Below, in pieces: positions 56,001-64,000 of a DNA stretch of 64,000 bases (positions within the stretch are counted from its first letter, which is position 1; each line of letters begins with the position of its first letter). The notes under the pieces were generated by a model. The model searched no databases. It was given only the letters and a program-made list of their open reading frames with translations, and had not been told where the DNA came from. The position numbers and the translations under genes were made by a program. Origin of the DNA: an uncultured virus (IMG/VR IMGVR_UViG_2643221571_000003) (Duplodnaviria > Heunggongvirae > Uroviricota > Caudoviricetes); IMG/VR virus record IMGVR_UViG_2643221571_000003, positions 1-64,000 of that record. One strand, 5' to 3'.

Positions 56001-56946
56001 CAAAGGCTGGACGTCTACGGCTGATCTTGCTGTAGAGCGTAAAACCCGAGCCAGCGAATACGATGCGATGGCTCAGCAGCTGCTTACCCTGGGTGCCCAG
56101 GTAGGCGACAACAAGTCGTCGCTGACTGTCCTGGAACAGGTTGTTGCATCGAACCGCGAGACGTCCGCAGCGCAGATCAACAAACTGAATAGCGATCTGT
56201 CTGCAGTCGATCAAAAGGCATCCGGTACCGCTCAGGCGCTCACCAGCCTCGACACAAAAGTCACCAACCTGGACGGGAAAATCACCTCTCAGGCGTCTAG
56301 CAATGAGGCGCTTCGGGCTTCTGTGCGCGGCGATAACGGTTCTGGCGAACTGGCGGGAGCAATTAAGGCGTGGGAGTCAACGGCCAGCTTTGCGGCCGAG
56401 AAGGTTGTGCAGGCGAGTGCAAACGAGGCTTTGACCAAAACTACGGAAACGCTGCAGTCGAGCATCGGACAGACAAGCGCGTCGGTTCAAACGGTGAGCG
56501 AGACAGTGGTACGGCTCGACGGCAAGGTTTCGGCACAGACCACCATGAAGGCTCAGACCATCGTGGATGGTAGGAGGGTGGTGTCTGGTCTGGCCTTTGG
56601 TTCGAACGGAGAGCAATCGGAATTTCTGATCTTCGCTCAGCGCTTTGCGGTGGTGAACGAGGTGGACGGAAAGGTTGATCCGATGTTCGTCCTTGAGAAC
56701 GGCCAGGCCGTATTCAACACCGCGATCATCAGCAAGGCGATCATCCAGGAAATCATCTTGGGGATGGTGCTTCGTTCGCCGACGGTGGACTCGAAAGGGC
56801 GGCCACTGCTGGAAATCAATATCCCGGCAGGCACGCTCACTCTTCGTGGTGAAGGCACGGACGGCGCGAGCTTGCTCGATAACAGCGGCCTCTCGGTGTT
56901 CGACGCGAATGAGAAACGTCGCGGCAAGTTCGGGAGGCTTAACTGA
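53080..56946 (+). CDS. Tail tip / host specificity protein gpJ
   Basis: GEGE, WTDNPVW, EPRF-CN, FnIII repeats, DUF1983-like C-terminus. Confidence 0.93.
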   Translation: MGAVRKIDIHGAKGGEEKPKTPTEAPDSLRSVAVAKMLIAVGEGEFEGTPTARDIYLDNTPLQDPQGNMNFPNVKWEWRTGAVDQTYIQGIPSVENETTISTELRSGTPWVRAINNTQLSAVRVRFAWPALQSVDAGGNINGYRIEYKVELATDGGAYQPVLSEAVDGKTTSVYERTRRIDLPKATTGWLMRITRITPNQNNNKISDTMQIAGFTEVIDAKIRYPNTALLYIEFSAEQFRSIPAVTVETKLKKMQVPSNYDPVSRSYSGVWDGTFKQAWTDNPVWMTYDITTADRFGLGRRIKPWMVDKWELYRISQYCDQLVPDGKGDQEPRFICNLNLQSKADAWSLLRDISAIYRGMMYWAQGQVFTLSDMPRATDFDFAYTRANVIDGKFTYSSASERTRYTRALVSYDNPLNNYDTDVTAVTDQKLQRRYGDNPLEISAIGCTRESEAQRRGKWALLTNSKDRAVTFKVGLDGRIPLPGYVIPIADELLAGRAIGGRISAVKGKVIKLDRDTQAKPGDRLILNLPDGKCEGRTVQLVSGRQVTVTVAYSVTPEPELVWALDTDDLAVPLYRVVSVARPEPGVFEISAVQYDPSKFAHIDTGARLEDRPISVIPITVVPAPPSVTLTSSYAVSQGIAISTMNISWPAVTGAVAYEVEWRKDNGNWIKVQRTGSTSVDVTGIYSGAYLARVRSVSAFEISSIWKNSSLTNLEGKVGLPPAVSFLTTTSLIYGIGIQWGFPPGAEDTQRTELWYSESPDLTTAVKLSDFSYPQASHEMYSLLAGASLFFWARLVDRTGNVGPFWPVPGAVHGQASTKQSDYEAYYAEKIGKGALYQSLREEIELITGDGPGSVNERLEEAKQELEDLIKQVSDALAYDPEKPYLKGDIVRLDQRLYQAKGPVPVGATPPDVTYWIDIGTILETTDALVSQVQIIETKIEEIDGKVLATATSVEALRSAARGDDGAGDLADAIKGWTSTADLAVERKTRASEYDAMAQQLLTLGAQVGDNKSSLTVLEQVVASNRETSAAQINKLNSDLSAVDQKASGTAQALTSLDTKVTNLDGKITSQASSNEALRASVRGDNGSGELAGAIKAWESTASFAAEKVVQASANEALTKTTETLQSSIGQTSASVQTVSETVVRLDGKVSAQTTMKAQTIVDGRRVVSGLAFGSNGEQSEFLIFAQRFAVVNEVDGKVDPMFVLENGQAVFNTAIISKAIIQEIILGMVLRSPTVDSKGRPLLEINIPAGTLTLRGEGTDGASLLDNSGLSVFDANEKRRGKFGRLN

Positions 56947-57287
56947 TGGCTGAATACGGGCTGGCTACCTGGGACGAGAACGAGGTTCAGCAACTTGGCC
57001 CCGCATCTTTCACGCTACGCACCGTTTTCTCAACGCTGGTCACCTTCTCTGGACCGGTCACTGGCGCCGGCGCTGCGCAGGTCTTCTCTGTGCCAGGGGT
57101 GACCCCACTAAACTGCATCGCTATCGTTGTGCCGATTGGGCCATATACAACCGGGTTACACACAGTAGTTCAATACGAACCTGAAATACTTACCGACCAA
57201 ATCAGGGTGTGGAGGGGGCACAGGACCGCTGTTGATGGACGGTTTGGGACTGGGACCCAGCGCCTTATAGTGTCGAGGTACAAATAA
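56946..57287 (+). CDS. Tail tip accessory protein
   Basis: YGLATWDEN; coupled to J. Confidence 0.6.
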   Translation: MAEYGLATWDENEVQQLGPASFTLRTVFSTLVTFSGPVTGAGAAQVFSVPGVTPLNCIAIVVPIGPYTTGLHTVVQYEPEILTDQIRVWRGHRTAVDGRFGTGTQRLIVSRYK

Positions 57288-57967
57288 TGAGCTGGGGGTT
57301 TGAGTTCAAGAATAATGACGATGTCGTTATTCTCGATTCTGAATATGCGCGTCTTTCAATTCTCTCTAAAGGGCGTTTTGTCCCTACACAAGAGTCTGGT
57401 CTTGGCTCTTCGACAAACTTTGAGAGGGTTATAACCACTCAAGAACCACCGCTGGTATTTGTCAAGCCTGACAATGTTGGAATAATTGCTGGTCTCTGTA
57501 GGGTCCTCATACTTGGGTCGCCGGGCAACTGGAAAGGCTTTTACGTTCGAGCATATGACGTGAACACGGCTCAGCCCAGGGGTAACTACTTTGCAGCAGC
57601 ATTCTCAGCAAGCCCTACAGCTCTATGGGGAGGCCGACTTTATGATCAGAATGAGTCTTTGATTTTTGACACGGGAACTCCCAGCGCAGTGTTCAGCAAA
57701 TCTTTGGCCTCTTGGAGTTACGTGACATCAGGAAGTGACGCGCAAGGCCAGACTATGGTTTATTTTAGTGTCCCTTTTGTCTTCTCTAGTAATGAGTACA
57801 TGCTGATTAATAACTTCGGCATGGATGTTGCCGGGAGTTCATTTCGAGCTTCAGCTTTGTATTGTTGGTGGGATTTCCCCGCGAATCGGTTATGGGCGAT
57901 TACTGTAGGGGTAACACCACAAAACACTCTTTATATACCTGCTGTGTTCGCGAAAATGCAAGCGTGA
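57287..57967 (+). CDS. Tail tip accessory protein
   Basis: WGFEFKNN-D-VILDS; lower GC. Confidence 0.6.
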   Translation: MSWGFEFKNNDDVVILDSEYARLSILSKGRFVPTQESGLGSSTNFERVITTQEPPLVFVKPDNVGIIAGLCRVLILGSPGNWKGFYVRAYDVNTAQPRGNYFAAAFSASPTALWGGRLYDQNESLIFDTGTPSAVFSKSLASWSYVTSGSDAQGQTMVYFSVPFVFSSNEYMLINNFGMDVAGSSFRASALYCWWDFPANRLWAITVGVTPQNTLYIPAVFAKMQA

Positions 57968-58013
57968 CTCTTGAGGTTAATCCTTCTGTTATAAATTTTG
58001 ATTGGAGAAAAAC

Positions 58014-58775
58014 ATGGCTTCTTGGTTTTCAGAAGGGACCGTTACCGTTACGAACGGCAACGCCGTTGTAACTGGTGTCGGTACAAAGTTTTCTAACTGC
58101 CGATCCGGCGACATGTTTGTCGGTCCAGATAACGGCATCTATCAGGTGATCAATCCTTCGAGCGACACATCCATCTCGATCTCGCCTGCATATCGTGGCG
58201 CCACCTCCGCAGGCGCCGCCTACGGCATCGTGCCTGTTAATGGCTACCCAAAGGCTTTGGCTGATGCGGTTAATCTGATGGTTCAGCAGTGGGGCTCTAC
58301 GCTGGCCGGCCTGGGCACCGTCTCAACCGAGAACGTGGTGCCAGTTGCAAAGGGCGGCACTGGCGCCACAACTCAGGCAGCCGCAAGAACGGGACTTGGT
58401 TTGGGTACGGTGGCACCACTAAACACGGGCCGGGCGCCAGGTAATGTACCGACAACGGAAATGATTGGCTTCGTCGGAAGTCAGTCAACTGTGTCATGGA
58501 CGGCTGAGGTCAACCCCGGCATCGATAATAAGGTTTTCGCATCGGCTGATTTTGCTGGAAACCCTCAAGGAGGCACGGGGCTTTACTACCGTCAAACCAT
58601 TCAGTTTGGCATCACTGGTAACCGGCTGATGATTGCCTGGCCGTATGGCGTTGCGGGCAACACTGGCACTATCAAGCTGCGATCGATCTACAACGGGGGC
58701 TTCACTCCTGAAATTGAGTTGTATCACACCGGCAATACCACTCGTGCCCAAGACGGCACTTTGAAGGCGATATGA
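58014..58775 (+). CDS. Short tail fibre
   Basis: GTVTVTNG-VTG-GT-F, VPVAKGGTGAT, YHTGNTT. Confidence 0.8.
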   Translation: MASWFSEGTVTVTNGNAVVTGVGTKFSNCRSGDMFVGPDNGIYQVINPSSDTSISISPAYRGATSAGAAYGIVPVNGYPKALADAVNLMVQQWGSTLAGLGTVSTENVVPVAKGGTGATTQAAARTGLGLGTVAPLNTGRAPGNVPTTEMIGFVGSQSTVSWTAEVNPGIDNKVFASADFAGNPQGGTGLYYRQTIQFGITGNRLMIAWPYGVAGNTGTIKLRSIYNGGFTPEIELYHTGNTTRAQDGTLKAI

Positions 58776-58777
58776 CT

Positions 58778-59338
58778 ATGGCAAGAGCAGCAATCAATAT
58801 CGTGGGCCAGACAGGTGCTTTGTTTGATATCACGTCGCTGGGCGGCAAGGACGTCGACAGTTACCGAGAAAGCGTGGGCGTGTATTGCGTCACCGGCACC
58901 GAAGGGATGGTCCCATTTCCGCCAGTGGATCAGGGGTGGGGATACTCGTTACACCCATCGGAGAATACTGCCCAGGTGGATGTCGTTTTCAGTGATGGTC
59001 TATTGACTGTCACGGTCACAATGGATGGTGAGCCCTACGACATGAACACGATGATCACACTGCACATTTTAGTGCCAGATCTGCCACACGAAGATATACC
59101 CCCGACGCCGCCGATCACGACCAATCCACTGGGCGTTGCTCAGGCCGAGATTCAGCGTCTGCGGGCCATCGCGGATTACGCCGTTGCACCCCTACAAGAT
59201 GCGGTGGATGGCGACGAGGCCACGGATGCAGAGGTTGTCCTGCTCAAAGGCTGGAAGAAATACCGCGTTGCGCTGAACCGAGTCCCCGAACAGGAGCAGT
59301 ACCCGGACGCTATCGAGTGGCCAAGTGCCCCGGCGTGA
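58778..59338 (+). CDS. Tail fibre assembly chaperone
   Basis: APLQDAVD...WKKYRVALNR...WP. Confidence 0.85.
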   Translation: MARAAINIVGQTGALFDITSLGGKDVDSYRESVGVYCVTGTEGMVPFPPVDQGWGYSLHPSENTAQVDVVFSDGLLTVTVTMDGEPYDMNTMITLHILVPDLPHEDIPPTPPITTNPLGVAQAEIQRLRAIADYAVAPLQDAVDGDEATDAEVVLLKGWKKYRVALNRVPEQEQYPDAIEWPSAPA

Positions 59339-59396
59339 TTGCCATTAGCTGACCGATGCCCGCCTTGAGCGGGTTTTTTTTCGCCTGGAGAAAAGC

Positions 59397-59822
59397 ATGA
59401 CCACTACCGAAAAAGACCGAGACATCCTGGCGCGCACGCTGTGGGGCGAGGCCCGTGGCGAGGGACTTGAAGGTCAGATCGCCGTGGCCTGGACCATCCG
59501 CAACCGTGTGTTTGATGGTAAGTCCAAGTCGTGGTGGGGGGAAGGCTATGCCGGTGTGTGCTTGAAGCCCTGGCAGTTCAGCTGCTGGAACCAGAACGAT
59601 CCCAACTACGCCTATCTGAGTGGCGACAAGCCGATCCCTGCCGGTCAGTTCGCTCAGGCTCAACGTGCAGCTGACCAGGTGATGTCGGGTGCGGTACCCG
59701 ATCCAACTGGCGGCGCCACGCACTACTACGCAACCACCATGCCGAAGCCCCCGGCCTGGGCGGCAAAGGCCACACAGACGCTGCGCCTTGGTCAACACGT
59801 TTTTTTCAAGGAAGTGCCGTAA
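59397..59822 (+). CDS. Endolysin, SleB/Hydrolase_2 family
   Basis: LARTLWGEARGE, QFSCWN, DPTGGATHY. Confidence 0.9.
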   Translation: MTTTEKDRDILARTLWGEARGEGLEGQIAVAWTIRNRVFDGKSKSWWGEGYAGVCLKPWQFSCWNQNDPNYAYLSGDKPIPAGQFAQAQRAADQVMSGAVPDPTGGATHYYATTMPKPPAWAAKATQTLRLGQHVFFKEVP

Positions 59823-60328
59823 TGACGCCCGGGCAGATCCTTTGCGCGATCCTGCTGGCGCTGGCCATCGGGTTCGGCGGGGCGTGGCAGGTACAAGATT
59901 GGCGCATGGGCGAAAAGCTCGCCGAGCAGGGCGGGCAGTTCGAGAAGGAACTGGCCGCGATAAGCAATGCGGCCGCCTCCCAGGTCCAGGCCGAGCAAGG
60001 CAAGCGCCTGGCCCTGGAGCAGCAGCTCGTCGGCCAGGACCAACAACACTCCAAGGAATTATCCTATGCCCAACGCAACCAGGCTCGCCTACGTGACCAG
60101 CTTGCTACTGCTGATGTCCGGCTGTCAGTCCTCATCGAGGATTCAGCCAGTAGCTGCAACGTGCCTACCACCACCGGCGCCGTCGGCGTGGTTCATGCGG
60201 CCCGTCGAGCCCAACTTGACCCAGCGCATGCTCAACGAATTATCGCCATAACTGATGAAGGTGATAACGGATTGATAGCGTTACGAGCATGCCAAGATTA
60301 CGTCCGAGCTATCAACCACTCGCATTGA
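59822..60328 (+). CDS. rz: i-spanin Rz
   Basis: N-terminal TM; C-terminal ALRACQDYV. Confidence 0.85.
   Translation: MTPGQILCAILLALAIGFGGAWQVQDWRMGEKLAEQGGQFEKELAAISNAAASQVQAEQGKRLALEQQLVGQDQQHSKELSYAQRNQARLRDQLATADVRLSVLIEDSASSCNVPTTTGAVGVVHAARRAQLDPAHAQRIIAITDEGDNGLIALRACQDYVRAINHSH
60066..60251 (+). CDS. rz1: o-spanin Rz1, embedded in Rz
   Basis: +1 frame lipobox MSGC; Pro-rich CLPPPAPSAW. Confidence 0.75.
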   Translation: MPNATRLAYVTSLLLLMSGCQSSSRIQPVAATCLPPPAPSAWFMRPVEPNLTQRMLNELSP

Positions 60329-60360
60329 AACTCAAAAATCCGAATGTGAGATAAGGCATA

Positions 60361-60870
60361 TCATTCGGATTCATTCAGCAGCGGGATCGTGAAAAAAACG
60401 CATCCGATCAACGTTGCAAATAAAGCTAACGTCTCTTCCAACTCCGGGTCTTCAAATAATATCGAGCGCGAATCTAGGGCGCATAGAGCACCATATAGCT
60501 GCCCATCAGGAAGGAAGATGGGAACACCTGCATAGCTTTCTATCGCATACCGTTTAACCACCGCACGACTCGAGTATCTACCGTCTTCACTGATTTTAGG
60601 AATAAAAAGCGCCTTAGGATCTCTGCGGAGCTCGCTGCAAAGCGTGATTTCCAGCTCTAGTGTGTCACCTGCCTCTATCCCCATATGCATCGTGTCGTAA
60701 GCTGAGCAGACGATCCAGTCTGTTTCGGTGAACTTCGCGATCCCGGCAAATCGCATTCCAGTAAGGCGTGTTACAAGTTTTAAAATACTAGTGATAGCTT
60801 CCATCTCAGCCAACGCTGAACGCTCGTTTAAATTCAGCACAGAGTGCAAGCTGATTTCGGGCCTATTCAT
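60361..60870 (-). CDS. Stand-alone GAF domain protein
   Basis: TGMRFA, TLC, IESYAGVPI-LPDG-LYGALCALD. Confidence 0.85.
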   Translation of the reverse strand: MNRPEISLHSVLNLNERSALAEMEAITSILKLVTRLTGMRFAGIAKFTETDWIVCSAYDTMHMGIEAGDTLELEITLCSELRRDPKALFIPKISEDGRYSSRAVVKRYAIESYAGVPIFLPDGQLYGALCALDSRSILFEDPELEETLALFATLIGCVFFTIPLLNESE

Positions 60871-60956
60871 ATTCCACCTGTGCTGTTTTTAATTGGGCGC
60901 GCCGCGTTGGCGTCTGAGATCCTACGATCAGCCGAAAATTGCGTTTGGCCGATTTA

Positions 60957-62582
60957 CTACGTCCTGAATCGAAGAACCAAATCGTTTAGGTTAACGGCCA
61001 AGCGAGAAAGCTCGTTGCTCGCTGTAAGTGTCTGGCGGGTGCCTTCACTACTCTGCACTGCAAGGTCGCGGATGCTTATCAGACTACGATCAACATCCCG
61101 CGCGACGTGAGCTTGTTCCTCGGATGCGGTTGCAATTTGGATATTCCGATCGTTAATTTCGAGCACGGAATTAATAATTTGCCGCAGTGACTGGCCCGCT
61201 TGTTCTGCAGTATCTCGCGTGCTGTAGACCTCGGATGTGCTCTTTTGCATAGATTCAACCGCGGCAGAAGAACCGGCTTGAATCGTGGATATCATCTGTT
61301 CAATTTCTTGCGTCGATGTTTGTGTTCGGTGTGCCAGCGCACGAACTTCGTCTGCGACTACTGCGAAACCGCGACCCTGTTCTCCTGCACGAGCCGCTTC
61401 TATCGCGGCGTTCAAAGCGAGTAGGTTGGTTTGCTCAGCAATCGCCCTGATCACGCTCAAAACTTTAGTAATGTCTTGAGCCTGGCCCGCGAGTTCTTTC
61501 ACCTGATCTGATGATACCTCTACCAAGCCTGTCAGGCCGCGCATCGCTGTCAAGGTCTCAGTGACTTTTTGATTCCCGAGATCTGCAGATATGCTTGATT
61601 GCATCGCTGCTTCAGATGTGGAATTGGCGTTCCGTGCAACCTCTTCAACAGCCGCGCTCATTTCAGTTACTGCGGTAGCAGCTTGCTCGATTTCGCTATT
61701 TTGCTGCTGAAGTGTGCGATCAGCGCTTTCAGTGATCGAAGTCATTTCGACGGCCGCGGTACTTAGCTGGGTTGAAGCTCCCGAGATTTCTAAAATTGTG
61801 CGTCGCAAATTTTTCTGCATAAGATTCAGCGCATGCATCAATCGCGAAGCTTCATCTGAACCTGTTATATCAAGATCATGGGTAAGGTCGCCAGCAGCGA
61901 TATTTTCCGCCAATTTAAGTGATGAACTGATTGGACTTACGATGCTCCTAGTGAACAAGATCGCCAGTGCTATGGTTAACACAAATGCAACAATCAGTAC
62001 TGCTACCAGGACTTTTACACTATGGTTATATACGTCGGTCGCGTCTACTCCAGACACCACGGCCTGGCGTGCATTTTGCTCTCGCAGTAGTGTCAGCTGC
62101 TCTTGATAAGCCGTAGCTCTTTGTGCCTGCTCTGTGTTGGCAAAATTCACAGCCTGATCATGATCAGATGAATACAAAGCGATTACTTTTTTGAGGCCGT
62201 CGACGTAAGCACCCATAGCCTGATTCGCCTTCGCAAACTGGATTTCGTCCTGCTCTCCAGACATCAAATGTGCACGATAGAAATCAGTTTTCACCTGAAG
62301 TGTCTGTATAGCTTCTTCGACCTTTGACAGCGAGAAATCATGCACCTCTGCCGTGGTGCTTGAGAGCATGCGGATACTTTCAAGGCGGGCGTGAAGGAGG
62401 GCGATCTGAATATCGTCAATGACCTGAATGCTTGGGAGGGAGTTTTGCTCAATGTCCTGTTCTGCAGCGCGCAGCCGATCAATTTGCAGATAAGAGAAGC
62501 CTGCCAAGCTGATCAGTAGGAGGGTGATTAAGCCAAAACAGACGAAAGCTCGTCGCGCGATACTTAAGGATCTTAATTTCAT
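60957..62582 (-). CDS. Methyl-accepting chemotaxis protein
   Basis: TM-4[42 protein letters not shown]. Confidence 0.95.
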   Translation of the reverse strand: MKLRSLSIARRAFVCFGLITLLLISLAGFSYLQIDRLRAAEQDIEQNSLPSIQVIDDIQIALLHARLESIRMLSSTTAEVHDFSLSKVEEAIQTLQVKTDFYRAHLMSGEQDEIQFAKANQAMGAYVDGLKKVIALYSSDHDQAVNFANTEQAQRATAYQEQLTLLREQNARQAVVSGVDATDVYNHSVKVLVAVLIVAFVLTIALAILFTRSIVSPISSSLKLAENIAAGDLTHDLDITGSDEASRLMHALNLMQKNLRRTILEISGASTQLSTAAVEMTSITESADRTLQQQNSEIEQAATAVTEMSAAVEEVARNANSTSEAAMQSSISADLGNQKVTETLTAMRGLTGLVEVSSDQVKELAGQAQDITKVLSVIRAIAEQTNLLALNAAIEAARAGEQGRGFAVVADEVRALAHRTQTSTQEIEQMISTIQAGSSAAVESMQKSTSEVYSTRDTAEQAGQSLRQIINSVLEINDRNIQIATASEEQAHVARDVDRSLISIRDLAVQSSEGTRQTLTASNELSRLAVNLNDLVLRFRT

Positions 62583-63092
62583 TTAGGCCTCCGAGGGCCG
62601 GATTTAGTAGCGTGGCTTTTCCACGTCATTTCAAGGATCACGAACGAAGGCAGCATTTTCATGCGGCACAGTGACTTCCAGCTGCAGCTTGCAGGCATAT
62701 ACCTAAAACGCGGTATGCAAAAAAATGTATTGGAATGATAGACGTGCTAAATAATTGCGCGCTAAATAATATTGTGTGCGCTCGCTACGTACGGCTCACC
62801 AGTTTTGGCTGCGGGACGTCCGGGACGTGCCATGCTATAGGCGAGCAGTACAAGCACAGCACATAGCAGGACTCTCCAGACATGCTTTCGTATGGAGGTC
62901 ATTTTCGGATATGGACAGAGCACTATGGACAAGCGGCTTGCAGGTCTTTCATTTCTGCTTACCCTGGGATGGGTGGTTGCGGTCATAGGGGTGATGTTTT
63001 TTTTTGGCGCTTAACCCGTCTCACCTGATGACTGAACTTATTGAATGCCCTTTGCCTCTGAAATACTACATCCACTCATTTGGATAGGTATT

Positions 63093-63380
63093 ATGAGCCT
63101 TGGCGCGAGATTGAAGTCAGAGCGATTGAGGTTAGGGTTGTCACAATCTGCTGTTGGTAGCATCGGCGGAATTGAGGTAAATGCGCAGGGGCGCTACGAA
63201 AGCGGCATTCGTGTTCCTCGGGCAGATTATTTAGCTGCAGTCGCGAAAGCCGGCGTAGACATATTGTTTGTCATCACCGGGGAGCGTAGTCAAAACGGCA
63301 ACGCAGATTCTGCAAAAGCTGTGGAGGCTCTCGATAGTGCGACGGAATGTCTTGAGAAAGCTAAGGAACTGATCCACTAA
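63093..63380 (+). CDS. XRE family HTH regulator
   Basis: LGARLKSERLRLGLSQ...QGRYESG-R-P-ADYL. Confidence 0.85.
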   Translation: MSLGARLKSERLRLGLSQSAVGSIGGIEVNAQGRYESGIRVPRADYLAAVAKAGVDILFVITGERSQNGNADSAKAVEALDSATECLEKAKELIH

Positions 63381-64000
63381 ATTTTGTACCCGTTTCGGCT
63401 AGTAGACTGGATCAGCTCTGGTCCCTTGTTCCGTGCATTATCCACGGCCGTATCGACCTTGAACCACTCGAACACCTCGGACGGTTCACCCTGGTGAAGC
63501 ACCATTTGCTCGGCTCGCTCCATGGGTGTGGCTGGATCCAACCATTCCCGGGCCAGGTCTGGCGTCAGCACCACGGGCCGCCGGTCGTGAATGTCCACCA
63601 TGCCCCCGGCGCTGTCGGCTGTGATGATGACGAAGCCGTCATGCTCACCCGGGCCTTCGTCTGCATCAGGTAGCTGGCCGATGGCAGCACAGAATATCGG
63701 TGCACTATCCCGCCGGCGGATGAGGTAAGGCTGCTTCTTCGGTCCGCCTTCGTCGACCCATTCAAACCAGTTATTGATCGGCGTTATTGCACGGTGAGGC
63801 CAGATCGCCCGGAAGAACGGGCCGTGGGCGACTTTCTCGACGCGGGCGTTGATCGGCGCAGCGTGATCCTTGGCCCAGTGCGGTCGCCATCCCCAGCGCA
63901 CCGGGTCGGCGTGTAGAAGATCGCCCTGCAGGTGTAGCAGCGCAACCGCTGTTGTCGGTGCCACGTTATACCGTTCAATTGGTTGATCGCCCACAGAGTT
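63377..64000 (-). CDS. SOS response-associated peptidase (SRAP/YedK); 5' end outside window
   Basis: RYNVAPT, INARVE, WFEW, IHDRRPVVL. Confidence 0.9.
   Translation of the reverse strand, partial: NSVGDQPIERYNVAPTTAVALLHLQGDLLHADPVRWGWRPHWAKDHAAPINARVEKVAHGPFFRAIWPHRAITPINNWFEWVDEGGPKKQPYLIRRRDSAPIFCAAIGQLPDADEGPGEHDGFVIITADSAGGMVDIHDRRPVVLTPDLAREWLDPATPMERAEQMVLHQGEPSEVFEWFKVDTAVDNARNKGPELIQSTSRNGYKI

Larger units (their letters stand above)
2923..64000. mobile_element. Lambdoid siphovirus-like prophage integrated at tRNA-Leu; right end not seen
   Basis: att + integrase, cI/cro, replication, Q, terminase, capsid, lambda-like tail, lysis genes in canonical order. Confidence 0.95.

Noticed and set aside
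58014..59338. Diversity-generating retroelement or invertible tail fibre system
   Set aside because: No reverse transcriptase, invertase or template/variable repeat pair seen
62762..62988. Overlapping 70-74 aa ORFs upstream of the MCP
   Set aside because: No recognisable motif or clear RBS; cannot support either as a gene
1..64000. CRISPR array or IS transposase
   Set aside because: No regularly spaced repeat-spacer array and no transposase motifs seen

Overview
Pseudomonas-type DNA holding a nearly complete lambdoid (siphovirus-like) prophage. Its left boundary is a 3' fragment of tRNA-Leu(TAA) at 2923-2980, next to a tyrosine integrase. The prophage continues through the leftward early operon, immunity region (cI/cro, OL/OR operators), replication, nin/Q, head, lambda-like tail and endolysin/spanins. 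It ends in MCP/GAF/XRE/SRAP cargo; the second att site was not seen and is probably beyond 64 kb. Left of the att is a LexA-controlled umuDC/rulAB cassette plus integrase arm-like repeats, which may be the end of a second, tandem element. The prophage carries many AT-rich, often antisense morons. Highlights: (1) a trypsin-like protease followed by a small gene resembling the protease's own N-terminal domain, at the lambda rexAB position (candidate protease/inhibitor defence system); (2) a zinc-independent ribosomal protein bL36-B (ykgO), absent from the ORF track, with Zur/Fur-like boxes; (3) a diverged CsrA/RsmA; (4) AbiV/HEPN-like and membrane-effector morons; (5) a structured RNA candidate with a tRNA T-arm; (6) a repeated linker that appears to act as a moron insertion hotspot. 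All family calls come from motif recognition by eye; no searches were run.
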